62,713 bases of DNA, filler included, from Diploschistes diacapsis (GCA_023645945.1; 19 parts of 19 records of this genome joined end to end with filler, not necessarily neighbours in it), one strand, 5' to 3'; shown: positions 1 through 13,339, numbered from the whole stretch's first letter. The notes: generated by a model not told the origin, from the sequence alone. Translations and numbers: made by a program.

Positions 1-577
1 GAATTGAATAATTTCGAAACGATTGATAACGCGTAAAAAACGTCGTCGCTTTTCTGAAATCGAAAAAGATAAAGAAAAGAAAAATAGATTAAATCCAGAT
101 CGATTAGATTCTGATTACAACGAATAGATTGTATCTAAAAACCGTAGAATGTTAACGATAGTGATTTAAGGTAACCGGAATTTGGGGGTGGCCGGAATCC
201 CCGTGAAACACGTAATATTAAATATATAACGTTTCGTAAAGAAAACCGAGAGTAAAAAACACTTCTTAATAATTATAAAAAACGTAAATTAAATAAACGA
301 ATCGAATTAAAAGGTAGTTTTATATTTAACATAAACGAAGTTTTTAAAATAATAATTCGGGTAAAATCGAGTGGGACAGTTTTAAAACGATTTATAACGC
401 GTAAAAAACGTCGTCGCGTTTTTAAAATCGAGAAGGGTAAACAAGAAAAAAATTCAATTTATATCGATTAGATTCTAATTGCGACGAACAGGTTATATCT
501 AAAAACCGTAAAATGTTGGCGGTAGTGATTTGAGGTAGCCAGAATCTAATGATGGCCGGAATCCCCGTGAAACACGT
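1..577. mobile_element. Two tandem terminal segments of a pogo/Fot1-type (Tc1/mariner) DNA transposon, RIP-degraded
   Basis: A ~365-bp segment occurs twice, each copy ending GGCCGGAATCCCCGTGAAACACGT (213, 577). The same end is at 59482, and reverse-oriented TA|ACGTGTTT ends are at ~6305, 40963 and ~41765. ACGT termini next to TA are typical of fungal pogo/Fot1 elements. Confidence 0.6.
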
Positions 578-825
578 TATAAAAATTACGAGAGCCTTAT
601 GGCGCCTCGAAACAAGTATTTATAAAAATAAAATAACCGTAATTCAGGCCTTAGTCACTACGTAAAAAGAAAAATATTATTTAAAGAACAATGACATTTG
701 ATATCTTACCTAATTGTGATTAGTTCCTACCAAGCTACTAAAAACTACGCTGAGCCTATCTGGGAAGCCCGCAGCGCCACAACGCAACCGCAGCGACAGG
801 GGTGCCAAACCTCTCTAATAGGTTC

Positions 826-900
826 GAAAGCAGTAAATGCGAAACCAGTAGATTCAAAATCAGTAGGTGCGAAAGCAGTAGGTTGAAAGCAGTAGATGCA
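826..900 (+). repeat. 15-bp degenerate tandem repeat (GAAAGCAGTAGRTGC) x5
   Basis: Units read directly: gaaagcagtaaatgc, gaaaccagtagattc, aaaatcagtaggtgc, gaaagcagtaggtt, gaaagcagtagatgc. Confidence 0.75.
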
Positions 901-1506
901 AAAAAGATACCACGTAATGATTTAGTTCAGTTCAGCCAATCAATATCCTTGACCGCGATTTTTCGGAGTTTATTTCTTATCTACGGTTTTTCTGCGCCCA
1001 TAAGCACACTAATATGTCAATATAGTCCTGCGCTTCGCTTAGGAATTATTAGATCATTAATCCAAACACTTGATTAATGATCCAATAATCCAAACATCCT
1101 TCCTAGTAGCCTCCAGCTACTATTAGAACGATCGATCATTGCTAGTAGGACCCTCGATAGTGTTATATAAAGTCTAGACCAATCTAGAACCTTCAGGTCC
1201 TTTAATTACTTCGTTAGATAAACTAACCCATGTAAGTTAATCATCTGATATGCAATATTTATTAAATCTATGATTTAAATATTATTGAATTATTAATTTA
1301 ATATTTGAATTCATAATTTAATAATCTTTGACTATTAGTAAGATCTTCAACTATTAATAGGATTAATGAAGTATCTTAACAGGTTCTAGAACCTCTAAGA
1401 TCCCACTAGTAGCTGCTGAGTTCGATAGATTAACCTATTTAGGTTTATAATCTGACATAGACATTTCTAAACCCGTTATTGTAATCATTCTTTTCGTTTA
1501 GAAATA

Positions 1507-2048
1507 CAGTGGGGTCGCAAAAGTAGTTGGGTATGAAAACAACAAAACACGACCCACCAAGTTTATCAAGCCATTGCGCGCTCAATAAAGCTTCAATGAA
1601 CGCGCAAAAATTAGATCATTTTAAAGCACTTAAATAGTAGATAATATTAATATTTAATTTACTATCCTTGCGTGTCTATATAAGCCTATATACGCTTCGA
1701 TATAGAATAAATTAATATAACAGGCAATTCCCACTGCTTTTTTTTCAAAAACGTCTTAAAAGTTTCTCGAATTACTACTTTTAAAGCATCCTTCTTCTTT
1801 TCCGAGTCTCCGCGCATCATTTTAAACTTAGGATGAAACTTAAAAGTCGTTTCTTTAAAAATAGGTTATAGATGTTCGATAAGGTTCAGATTTAAATTAT
1901 AAAGAAAATAATCGAGCGTCTAAATACCTAATTCTTCTAAAAGAGCTTTAACATAATTAGTATTCTATATAAACGCATTATTTTATAAAAATGCCTATCC
2001 AGGTTCGTAGATTTGAAATATAATATCGCGTAAAAATAAATAATATGT
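1507..2048 (-). mobile_element. Tc1-like transposon 3' end with RIP-mutated transposase relic
   Basis: TA|CAGTGGGGTCGCAAAAGT terminus. The minus strand near 1865-1913 reads DYFLYNLNLNLIEHL*, a transition-mutated form of the Tc1 DWPPYSPDLNPIEHLW motif. Confidence 0.6.
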
Positions 2049-2148
2049 NNNNNNNNNNNNNNNNNNNNNNNNNNNNNNNNNNNNNNNNNNNNTTAATTAA
2101 TTAANNNNNNNNNNNNNNNNNNNNNNNNNNNNNNNNNNNNNNNNNNNN
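2049..2148. other. Artificial contig-joining spacer (first of 18)
   Basis: 100-nt N-run/TTAATTAATTAA/N-run (stops in all six frames). Recurs at 4194, 6339, 8482, 10625, 12766, 14904, 39300, 41438, 43575, 45710, 47843, 49971, 52097, 54221, 56345, 58469 and 60592. Confidence 0.97.
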
Positions 2149-2436
2149 TTATTTATTTATTCATTTACTTTATTAAAGAAGTTATTAATTATATAAGAAC
2201 GTCGTTATAACCTTTATAAATTTAAAACGTGTTCATTTTTATAGACATCTTTAATTATTATTAGAAATCAATTTATATTCGTTTATTTCTATTATTAGAA
2301 AGATTCCTTTCTAGAGATAGTCTAAGACTTATAACTACTCTATCTTCTTTTCCTGCTTGCACTCCTCTTCTAAACGAGACCAAACCCACCTTGATCAATA
2401 CCTCGTGTCTACTTTATAGAGATAGAGATCATAACA
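2149..2436 (-). mobile_element. Partial LTR, family A (reverse copy)
   Basis: Reverse complement of the 5' part of the LTR at 5712-6165, ending ...GATAGAGATCATAACA. Confidence 0.65.
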
Positions 2437-2987
2437 TGATTCGAGGTGTTTCATATGATCCTCGATTGAATCCGAGAATATTAGAATATCGTCCAAATAT
2501 ACGATATAATAGTCGCTATGTTTTCGAAATATATCATTTATTAGCGTCTAAAAGTTGGCGGGGGCATTCGTAAGTCTAAATAATATAATTAAAAATTCGT
2601 ATTTACCGTAACGCGTGTTAAAAGCGGTCTTAATAACTAAATTCAATTCTATTAAAACTTAATAGAATCTAGACGTCAAATCGAACTTAAAAATTACTCG
2701 AACCAATCCGATACAATAATAACATTCGTCGATTCGAAATAACGAATAAATATTTCTTTTAATAATCTTATTTAAAGCTCAATAATTAATACATATTCGT
2801 TATAATCCGTTAACTTTCTTAACAAATATAATCGAGAATCCTTATAAACTAACAGATTCTTTTAATAAACCTTTTTCAAATAAATCCGCTATTTATCGAA
2901 CCTATTCGTCTAATTTCTTAATAAACAATCAATACGTATTAATATTAATTAACTTCGCATCTTCCGTATCGATAATATAATTAACGA

Positions 2988-3591
2988 TAGGCTGGCCGTT
3001 TCGTGCCACGGACACTGACACGGACACTGCAGCAAAAATTTTTTCAGCACGGACACTGACACGGACACTGCACTGCGGTGAAAGCACGGACACGGACACC
3101 GCAGTAAAAAATTTTAAAACACGGACACTGACACGGACACTACACTGTAGTAAAAACACGAACACGGACACCGCAACAAAAATTTTTAAAACACGGACAC
3201 TGACACGGACACTACATTTCCGTGAATCCACGGACACGGACACCGCAGTTTAATTTTTAAAAAAATAAAAGCGTAAGAAATAAGCGTGATAATTCGAGAA
3301 TTATTAAAATAAAAAACTGATTTAAAAATGTTTCGGTGAATGCACGGACACGGACACTGCAGTAAAAAATTTTTCGACACGGACACGGACACGGACATTA
3401 TATTATATTAAAAGCACGGACACGGACACCGTAGTAAAAAATTTTAAAACACGGACATTGACACGGACACTGCATTTCCGTGAATCCACGGACACGGACA
3501 CCGCAGCTAAAAAATCTAAAACACGGACACTGACACTGTCAGTGTCCGTGTCACTGACACGGCCGTGTCAGTGTCAGTGACGGCCAGCCTA
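2988..3591. mobile_element. hAT-type MITE, complete copy with 8-bp target-site duplication
   Basis: TIRs TAGGCTGGCCGT...ACGGCCAGCCTA, flanked by a perfect ATTAACGA duplication (2980-2987 and 3592-3599). The interior is built of ACACGG/ACACTG repeats and has no credible ORF. Confidence 0.85.
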
Positions 3592-5216
3592 ATTAACGAC
3601 GCGCGTTAAAAAAAGCTTTTTTAAAAGCCTAGATCTAAAAACTTCTACGAATTTCTTTATTATTTTTCGAAGCTTCTCGTTACGGATCGTAAAGATCTTA
3701 TTAAACTCTATTCAATTCGAAACTTTCCTAATCGCCATTATTATTATTTAAAATAAAGATTTTTTTATTATTCGATTCACTTCGCGTTTAATAATAACGT
3801 TAAGGAATCTTAAATCAAGCATTCGGCGACGTTTATTCGATATAATAGCGATAGATTTATTTATCTTTTAATTTTAAATAATAATTTATTTAATAATTTA
3901 ATTAATGGTTAGATTGATCGATTCGAGCTAATTTAATCTTAATATATTATTATAATTATTAAGAAATATTATCCGAATCGTAAATATCGTTCGAAATTCT
4001 TTTATAATTATTAGAACCGTAAGGGTTACCGTCGATTAAATTAATTTATTAAACGTATTCATATCGATAAAAATTATTTACTTTTAATAATCTTTATTAA
4101 TTCTTTTTACGATCTTTTTAGATATATAACAAACATCTGTTTTTAAATCTATTAATAATTAAACGTTTAATTATGCTTTATTAAGATTTAAGCNNNNNNN
4201 NNNNNNNNNNNNNNNNNNNNNNNNNNNNNNNNNNNNNTTAATTAATTAANNNNNNNNNNNNNNNNNNNNNNNNNNNNNNNNNNNNNNNNNNNNAAAAAGA
4301 ATATTCCGCTTTTAATATTTAAAAGAAAAGTTTTTTCGTTATTTTATCGCAGACGCAGTCCGATTCTCAAAAAATTCTAAAACGAGTATCCTTTCCGGAC
4401 GAGAATCTAGACCTAAATAAAAAAGAAGACGAAAAGAAAGATCAAGTAAATAACCTTAATTTAAACATAAAGGAAGTAAAGTTTAAAAAAGATAAAAAAG
4501 AAAAAAACGGGAAAGATTTTATAGAGAAATAAATACGGAATAAAATTAAAGATTAGATATTAAAGATAAGTTTATGGATATTTAGGTTATAAATAAAAAA
4601 AAAGAAACATAGAAAAAGTTTAAGGAAAGAGAAAGTCGTTCTGGTTAAAGGTTACATGGCTAGGAATCGGAATGAATATTACAAAACCTTAGGGGTTTAT
4701 AATAGAGAACTGTTTGTTATTTACGCGGTTGTTTGCTTTATTTGTTAATTTTATAGCATTCTTGTTTTTCCGTTTGATTTATTTATTTGTTTTTTTATGT
4801 GATTTGCTTACTTGCCTATCTTTTTGTATACTTATCTATAATTGAATTCTTATTGATCGTGACGAAAGGAAGGAAAATGAAAGAAAAGGAAGAAGGTTAT
4901 AGGATATGTTGTTAGTTGTACTTGTCGGGCGGAGCATTTACGGATGATATAAATACGATCGGAGATAAGGATGTCTTTGGATAGGCACCGTCCTTCTATC
5001 TAGCTGTATTTGGAAAGTAAAATATAGAAGGATAAGTTTAAAAGCACGTTTATATCGAGAAAAGAATATTAAGGATAATAAATCTTTAAATATTTTAATT
5101 ATCGGAGAAATATAGGACTATATTAGGATATAGAGATAGAAGGATGGAGATTTTTTATTAATAAGACTTATATAGAATTCGCTATAAAATAGCGAATTAT
5201 TGAAAGGGGGGTCGTA

Positions 5217-5460
5217 TATAAACATAAAAGTAGGCCGCAGACTTAATAAGAATGGTTTCTACAGGGCAGCTCCATTTAAGGAGGCCTGCTAGGTAGCTTT
5301 AGACAAAAAAATGCATCCTACACCTCACAAATGTCCTACCTGGGTATGCTATTGACTACGAGATCACACTACATTCACCTACTACACCACCTACGACTAC
5401 CTACCTACTACAGCAAGGGAAGTCTCCCTAGACAGCGCGCCTTGTGTTTATAATAAAACC
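5217..5460 (+). mobile_element. LTR fragment, family C
   Basis: Homologous to the TGTAAACATAAAAGTAGG... copy at 14210 and to the reverse copy ending at 55733. Confidence 0.5.
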
Positions 5461-5711
5461 TTATATTAATTTATATTTCGATTAATTTTTTACGTTTATT
5501 TCTTATGATCTATTTATCGAAGAGAGATATTGAGAAATGGTTCGTTAATTCGCGCGATTAGATTTAGAATTAATCTGAGATAGAGCGTTATGTTGGTTTT
5601 TTTTATGTCTAGACATTCCTTTATTGTTCTGCACAGAAGCTCTGGGATGCTGGAAAATTTGGTAATAAATTGTGTATTGGATTTTAGGATTTCTATTATT
5701 TAGCGCTGCGA

Positions 5712-6165
5712 TGTTATGATCTCTATCTATACAAGGTATACACGAGTAGGATCAAGGTGGGTTTGGTCTCTGTTAAAAGAGGAGTGTGGCAGGAGAAGAA
5801 GATAGAACAGTCATAGGTCTTAGACTATCTCTAAAAAGAAGTTTTTCTAATAATAGAAATAACGAATATAGATTAATCCCGAGTAATAATTAAGGATGTT
5901 TATAAAAGTAAACACGTCTTAAACTTATAAAGATTATAGCAGCGTTTTTATATAGCCGATAGCTCCCTTAATAAAATAAATGAATAAATGAGCAGAACTA
6001 CCGTTCTCCCTTTCTACCCATGACTGGGTAGAATGGTTTTCCAGACCTTTTACTCATCACGTGACCCGTGTCACCCTGATTGGACTATATATAAAGAATA
6101 GTTGGGAAGTGCCCGACTAGCTGTTGCGTGCCAAGTACTACCGACTAGTACCTTGGATCGTAACA
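5712..6165 (+). mobile_element. Solo LTR, family A (~454 bp)
   Basis: TGTTATGATC...GATCGTAACA termini (TG..CA with short inverted repeats) and an internal TATATATAA. Further copies at 2149-2436, 45810-45950, 59598-60052 and 61210-61669. Confidence 0.7.
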
Positions 6166-7030
6166 TAAATCTGTATTAATCTCTAAAAAGATTACTTTCT
6201 ATTAATAAAAAATAACGAATATAAATTAATCTTGAATAATCGCTAAAGATATTTATAAAAATAAACACGTCTTAATTTATAAAAACCATAACGGTGTTCT
6301 TATAACGTGTTTAACGGTGAGTCCGGCCACCCCCAGAANNNNNNNNNNNNNNNNNNNNNNNNNNNNNNNNNNNNNNNNNNNNTTAATTAATTAANNNNNN
6401 NNNNNNNNNNNNNNNNNNNNNNNNNNNNNNNNNNNNNNCTATGAACGATGGAGGGTGAGAGGCCTTTTATAGGCACATTTCACGCTAGTGTGATTAGTAA
6501 TAATCTAATCTAGAATGTTCCTTATCCTTCCAAATCATTCTATGCATTAGTAAGCCGAATATTCTAGAATATTCTAGAATATTCGATGATATTCGATAAT
6601 CTTCGATGATGTTCTATTATGTTCTAGAATATTCTAGAACCTTTTAGAACCTTCTAGAACCTTCTAGCATATTCGAACATGCTAGAAGCTTAGTAAGCAA
6701 TCTGACTAACCTATTTAGGTTAGTATTCTGACAATAAGAATTATACTCTGGTCTGCCAGTCACCTAGTATTAGAGAGACTCAACTTAGAAGACCTCCATA
6801 AGGAAAGTTGTCTTTAGCATCTAGCTCGATAATAGCGATAATGCTCGCAGCTGCTCGAACTATAGACGCAGGAAAGGACAGTCACTAATCATTTGACGGA
6901 CGAATACTCCCGTTAAAAAGAGCTGCAAGTGCGGCGATGGAAGAAGAAGGTAAGTTAAATTTTTTTGAAAGGGTGTTCTCGTATATAAATAATAAAATTA
7001 CTGATTTCCGGTATCTTTATGTGTTGAGCT

Positions 7031-7576
7031 AAACCACTACGCCAAAAGATGCGCACCTCTTAGCAAGCAGCAGTTCATGTTTATATTCCGACACACCCCC
7101 GTAAACATGGTTCTACGGCTCTTACTATTTATCTGTGTTCTTTCTAACCAGATCAAAATCTGCCGTAAACGGGACTTAATTTTAGATTTCTAAACTAAAC
7201 GGATAAAGATACAACGCAGTACGCTACCCGGGTTTATAACTTGTCGAATTAAACCATTATATCAAAAGATGCGCATCTTTTAATAAATAATAGTTTATAT
7301 TTATATTCCGATACATTTCCGTAAATATAGTTCTATAGTTTTTATTATTTATTTATATTTTTTTTAATTAAATTAAAATTTACCGTAAACGGGACTCGAT
7401 TTCAGACTTCTGAACTAAACGGATAAAGATGAAACGCAGTACGTTACCCGGGTTCATAACCTATTGAACTAAACCATTACGTTAAAAGATACGCACCTCT
7501 TAACAAGCAGCAGTTCATGTTTATATTCCGACACACCCCCGTAAACATGGCTCTACGGCTCTTACTATTTACCTAT
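7031..7576 (+). repeat. 220-bp tandem repeat, 2.5 copies, differentially RIP-mutated
   Basis: Units start at 7031, 7251 and 7471 (AAACCAYTAYRYYAAAAGAT...) and differ almost only by C>T/G>A transitions. The array is cut at 7577 by a TGTCAGA LTR end. Confidence 0.85.
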
Positions 7577-7866
7577 TGTCAGATTATTAATCTAAATGGG
7601 TTAGTCTATCCTACTAGTTAACACTAGTAGGACCCTGAAGGTTCTTTAACCCTTTATGACACGCCATTAACAACTGTTGAACATCCTACTAACTATAGTC
7701 AAACATCCTACTAGTAGTTATGGACTACTAGGTAGGATTGTAGATGGTCTAGATCATTAGATCATTAATCCAAGTATTGGATTAATAATCTAATAATACT
7801 AGGACCATGGATACGAGATAGGGGGAAATTAGATCCACTATTATGTTGGACTATGGGGCGCATGAT
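7577..7866 (+). mobile_element. LTR fragment, family B
   Basis: Starts TGTCAGATTATTAATCTAAATGGGTTAG. Reverse-complement ends of the same family lie at 1457 and 6733. Confidence 0.45.
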
Positions 7867-8481
7867 TAGGCTGGCCGTTGCATGCCACGGTCACTGACAC
7901 GGACACTACCGCGAAAATTTTCTCAGCACGGACGCTTCCACGGACACTGCACTATAATAAAAGCACGGACACGGACATTACGGCTAAAAATTTTAAAACA
8001 CGGATACTTCCACGGACATTATATTACAATAAAAGCACGGACACGGATATTACGATTAAAATTTTTAAAACACGGACACTTCCACGGACATTATATTATA
8101 ATAAAAATACGAATACGGATATTACGATTAAAAATTTCAAAACACGGATACTTTTACGAATATTATATTATAATAAATTCACCGAAATATTACCGTAAAT
8201 TTATCGAAATATCGCGATAAAAAAATAAAAATATAAAAAATAAACGTAATAATTTTAAAATTATTAAAAAATAAATATTATTTAAAAATATTTCGATAAA
8301 TACACGGATACGATAATAAATCTATTAATATAATACGCAGAACCCAATAAAAGCTACCAAAGGGTATATCAAGCTAGACTAACCGTCACGGACACGGCCG
8401 TAGCAGTGTCCGTGTTTTAAAAATTTTAGCCGTAATGTCCGTGTCCGTGCTTTTACTATAATGTAATGTCCGTGGAAGTGT
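7867..8481. mobile_element. hAT-type MITE fragments (forward copy plus reverse copy from ~8375)
   Basis: TAGGCTGGCCGTTG at 7867 and RIP-altered TAGACTAACCGTCACGG at 8375, with the same ACACGG repeat interior. Confidence 0.75.
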
Positions 8482-8820
8482 NNNNNNNNNNNNNNNNNNN
8501 NNNNNNNNNNNNNNNNNNNNNNNNNTTAATTAATTAANNNNNNNNNNNNNNNNNNNNNNNNNNNNNNNNNNNNNNNNNNNNAATAAATTCTATTGGATTT
8601 TAATACTATTAACGATAATAAATACCTTATATAAGTTATTAAAACCGTACGTTAAAAAGAATTAGTTTTAAAATATATCGCGAAGTTCTAGGAATACTCT
8701 AAGAAAACTAAATGAAATAATAATATTTTGATAGAAATATACCGCGAAAATGCCAAGGTGTTTGTTAAAGACGAACTTATACGTAATTAAAATAAAATTA
8801 GAAGTTTAAACGTTTTATAG

Positions 8821-9412
8821 TAGGCTGGCCGTTTCGTGCCACGGTCACTGACACGGACACTGCAGCAAAAATTTTCAAAACACGGACACTGACACAGACA
8901 CGACAGCTAAAATTTTAAAACACGGACACTGACACGGATACTACATTGTAGTAAAAGCACGGACACGGATACTATAATTAAAAATTTTAAAACATTAATA
9001 CTAACACGGACATTACATTTCCGTAAATCCACCGAAACACTACGGTGAATCCACCGAAACACCGCAGTGAAATTTTTTTAAAAAAATAAAAACGTGAGAA
9101 ATAGGCGTGATAATTCTAGAATTATTAAAATTAAAAAAATAATTTAAAGTGTTTCGGTGAATACACGGACACGGATATCGCAATAAAAAATTTTTCGACA
9201 CGGATACTGACACGGATATTATATTATAATAAAAGCACGGACACGGATACTGCAATTAAAAATTTTAAAATATTGATATTGACACGGACATTGCATTTCC
9301 GTGAATCTACGGACACGGACACCGTAGCTAAAAAATCTAAAACACGGACACTGATACTGTCAGTGTCCGTGTCACTGACACGGCCGTGTTAGTGTCAGTG
9401 ACGGCCAGCCTA
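8821..9412. mobile_element. hAT-type MITE, full-length copy
   Basis: Both 12-bp TIRs are present. The flanks do not show a matching TSD. Confidence 0.8.
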
Positions 9413-10624
9413 GTCCGGTTAATCGTTAAGGATAATTATCGGAAGCTATAATAGGACAATAACGAACTTAACGAATTCTTAGTTTAATTTACGGTATTTA
9501 TAACCGAGATAAAGATCCCCGAGGAAGATTAAATATTAGATATAAGAGAGAAGCTAGCCTATCGTTTTCAAAATATTTTTTATAATCGAAATTCTAGAAC
9601 GATCCGGGAGATGAAGAATGAATTATATATGCTCGATCGATATATAAAAGTAAATAATCGTAATAAAATAGTTACTTTCGCGGCTAGTATCCGAAACAAT
9701 AATTCGTACACCCCTTACCCCCGACGGACTTACAAGGATCGTAATAAGAAAGAAATCAAGACTTCTACCGAAACAACTAGCGAGAAATCAACCATGTCTA
9801 CCAAAGAATGGATCAACAATAAAACCTGTTACAATTACCACAAGAAAGGACACTTCGCCAGCAACTGCCCCGAGCGAGAACCTAAATCGGAAAAAGATTA
9901 GCCTCTTTATAAACCCTAAATGAAAGATCTAACGAATAAGTAAACGACGACGACGAGAAAACGTCTCGATAGCATAATTTAACGATCATAAAAGCTTTAG
10001 ACGAGGAATTTTTAATTACGCCCGCACTGACGGCAGATGTAATACTAAAAAGGAAATATAGGAGCTTTAGGACCTTAATATTAATCGACACGGGGATTAA
10101 CGGAATATGTTTTATCGATAAAAAATTCGTCGAATAATTCGAAAATTGGTTTAATTTCGCCCCGGTAAAGTTATCGAAGAAAATAAATAATATTTACGTT
10201 GACGATAAATCATAATGGTTTATTATTTACGTCTTTTATCTATTAATCCAGTTAAGAAACTATTTTAATAATATAGTTTTTTTTATATCTTATTAAAGAT
10301 CTGGAAGTACCGCGTGATTATTAGTAAAAAGTGGTTTTACCTGCATGGCGCGGTAATAGATTATGTTATCTCCGAGATGAGCGTTAAACTAAATTATTAT
10401 AATTACCTAAAAGTGCCACCCGTCAAAGGATAAAAGGAAGTTAAGGAAGCCTTAGTTGCTTTACGATTAAATCCCGAAGCGATTAAGAACGGCAGATCTT
10501 TAATTATCAAGATCTTACCGCGTGGAATAGTAGATAGTAATAATAGAATTAATATAAAAGATTTAATTTACTCGCCTGCCTTTCGTGAGACTAATAAACG
10601 AGCTTGCACGAATGGTAATTTCAA
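9413..10624 (+). mobile_element. Ty3/Gypsy gag-protease relic (RIP-degraded)
   Basis: Zinc-knuckle remnant CYNYHKKGHFASNC in ORF 9611-9901, followed by an aspartic protease-like LIDTG motif near 10080. Many stop codons. Confidence 0.7.
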
Positions 10625-10724
10625 NNNNNNNNNNNNNNNNNNNNNNNNNNNNNNNNNNNNNNNNNNNNTTAATTAATTAANNNNNNNNNNNNNNNNNNNN
10701 NNNNNNNNNNNNNNNNNNNNNNNN

Positions 10725-11100
10725 GTATATTAGGTTATTTCGTATTGTAGAAGCAACGAGATCGCAGATATATAAATTGATATTACTAATTAAATATAAT
10801 AAAATACATCTTATATTTTATATATCGCTCCTAGAGCCTTATACCGCAAGAAATAAGTTTAATGATAATAAATATTTCTTACCCCCAAATCTTATAAACG
10901 ATAAAAAAAATAAAAGGTAAAAAAAATATTGAATAAGAAACTAAAAGCTGGGATCTTATAATATAAAGTATAATAGAAGGGCTGGTCGTTAGAATATAAT
11001 AATTAGATATTAATAGACTGGCTTAAGAACGTTACGAGCATACTTGAAAACTATAAAATAATTTATTTATAATTTAAAAGAAGGTTAAAGCGGTATTAAG
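10725..11100 (+). mobile_element. Gypsy (chromovirus) integrase C-terminus and chromodomain relic
   Basis: Degraded ...IHL(P)IF(Y/H)ISLLEPY... and ...YKV**KGWSLEYNN chromodomain-like text. Confidence 0.55.
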
Positions 11101-12865
11101 TAATATTATATTATTATTAATGAAGATTTAATGCGAGTTTGATTATTAATAGGTATATACGTTTTAGATTGATAAAAAGAGATATTAATATCTTAAGTCT
11201 TATTTCTAATATATATGATGAGTTTTATTCTTTTATTAGATCTACCTTCCTGCCCTTCTTTAGATGCGCGAGAAACATGATTTTACGGGTAGACGAGCTT
11301 ATCAATAAGAGGCGAGGACGCACGTATCGTGGAAACAATAGGCGTTTTAAAGCGTCGTGGAGCGATAGAGCGTTTAAAAGAACGTTCCCGGTTTTGTATT
11401 GATATAGTAATAGAATGTAAATTGTCGGCTATGTCTTTTTAAGTTTCGAGCATGGCCTGTTTTTGCTTTTATATTTCCGCCAGTTTTAACGTAACTGTAT
11501 CGGTTAATTCGAGTATCGCATATTTTATACGAGAAAAAGTATTATTAGTAGTATTTTTATTAATAATAATAGGGGAATTCGTTGTTTTTACGGGAGTAAC
11601 GGGTTTCCTATATATATATTAATATATAGAAATAATAATCGCGGGGATATTAATATAATAAAATGTAAGTAGAAAGTATATAAAGGATTCGATTTCGATT
11701 TTGATTCTCGTTTTTGTTTGTTCGTATATTTCTCTATTTGTTTGATATATGTGGATTTATTGTTTATATATGATGAAAGGAGCGGATCGCTACGTCTAAA
11801 ATTTGTTATAATAAGTATATCGCGTTGTTAGTATAGCATACGAACGTGTGGTTAGAAGATAGAAGGGATCTAAATAAAATTTTATTAATAATAACTTTTA
11901 AAAAAGAAAGAAATATTAATATTTATATAAGGATACGATATATAACGTCGATATTTCGTAATTCCGATTTTAATATAAATTATTAATAGTTCGGAAATGA
12001 TGTATTTGATATATTTAAAATATTAATATAGTTTTATTTGCGTCGGTAATATGCTTTTTTATAAGCCTGTTAATAGAATTAAGTAAGAATAATAAAGAGC
12101 TCGTTTTCTGAATATTTGAGAGAAAAGTAGGTAGTTTATAAGTAGGACCGATTTTGGAAGTAGCGATCTTAGTATTATTAATATCGCTGTTAATTATAGG
12201 TTTTAGGGTAGCGGTGTTTTTAGATAAACGATTAATAAATACGAAATATAAATGCGAAGCGGATATATTAGAACCCGGTTGGAAGCTAGGATCCGGAGAC
12301 GATTGAAAGGGCGTGATAATAGGCTTTATTACGGATTCTATTGGGAACGTGGTGATAGTGGGGAGAGGATTAGAAGAATTAGGGCCAAATATAAGTAAAG
12401 AAGTGATTAATATATATTGCTTACGAGACCTGTTACGGCGTTAAGGACGGATAACAGGTTCTTTTTTTATCGTTTATACGAGTTTATTTATAAGCGTATC
12501 GTTTTTAGTCGAGGATATCGTTAGAAACGTATTAGGGGCTTACTCGGATATATTGAAGGTATGTTTTAGTATTTTGATTAAAAAGGTGTAAGAGGCGAGA
12601 TATTAATAATAGCGAGAAGTAAAAACGGACGACGAACGAGGAGTAAGAACGAACGGCGATAGTAACTCGTTGATAAGATTTATAGTATAAGTTGAAGGAA
12701 TAGGAATTAAAAGATAAAGAAATGAAGTATAAGAGTATTATAAATAAGGTAAAGATATTATAATANNNNNNNNNNNNNNNNNNNNNNNNNNNNNNNNNNN
12801 NNNNNNNNNTTAATTAATTAANNNNNNNNNNNNNNNNNNNNNNNNNNNNNNNNNNNNNNNNNNNN

Positions 12866-13339
12866 CAATTTTACGTTAAAATCGTATTTTAAGCATTTTT
12901 ATTTTCGTACGAAATTTTATATTTATCGGGATTTAACCGGCCGCGTATTTCGAATTACGCGTATTAAGTTGATTATACCGCGTATATCGTTTTATCGCGA
13001 TGGAAAATCATATTCGATTAAATTAATTATATGTTTAAGAATCGTTCCTTTTTTTAACACGGTTAAATTTATTAAATTAATTAAAATATCGTGTTTTAAA
13101 GTACGATTATCGCGTCGAACAATAAGCGTCGTACGAGGAACCTTATATATCTAAAATGCGCGTTTTATATTAAAATTTGGGTCTTGTTTGATAACCTGAA
13201 GTGCCATTATGATTCTATTTTTAATTAAAGATGATTCTATAATTGTACGCGTAGAAAATTCATACAAAAGTTGAAAGTTCGTAAAATCGGGTGGGAGGTG
13301 TCCGCTCGCTATGAGTGTCCGTTCGCTATGCATATACGT
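12866..13339 (-). mobile_element. pogo/Fot1 transposon 5' end with transposase N-terminus
   Basis: The minus-strand TIR ACGTATATGCATAGCGAACGGACACTCATAGCGAGCGGACAC (with an internal direct repeat) sits next to TA. It is followed by RIIMALQVIKQDPNFNIKRA..YKVPRTTL, typical of the Fot1 HTH-psq region. Confidence 0.7.

Noticed and set aside
2929..3398. Repetitive ORFs (SVSVSV / TRTLPRTL / CPCP), also at 7878, 9040, 43741, 46494, 46831 and 53403
   Set aside because: Translations of the MITE's ACACGG repeats, with no protein-like features.
2988..3591. CRISPR-like appearance of the repeated units (also 56535-56676)
   Set aside because: There are no unique spacers and no cas genes, and the context is eukaryotic. 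These are TE-internal tandem repeats.
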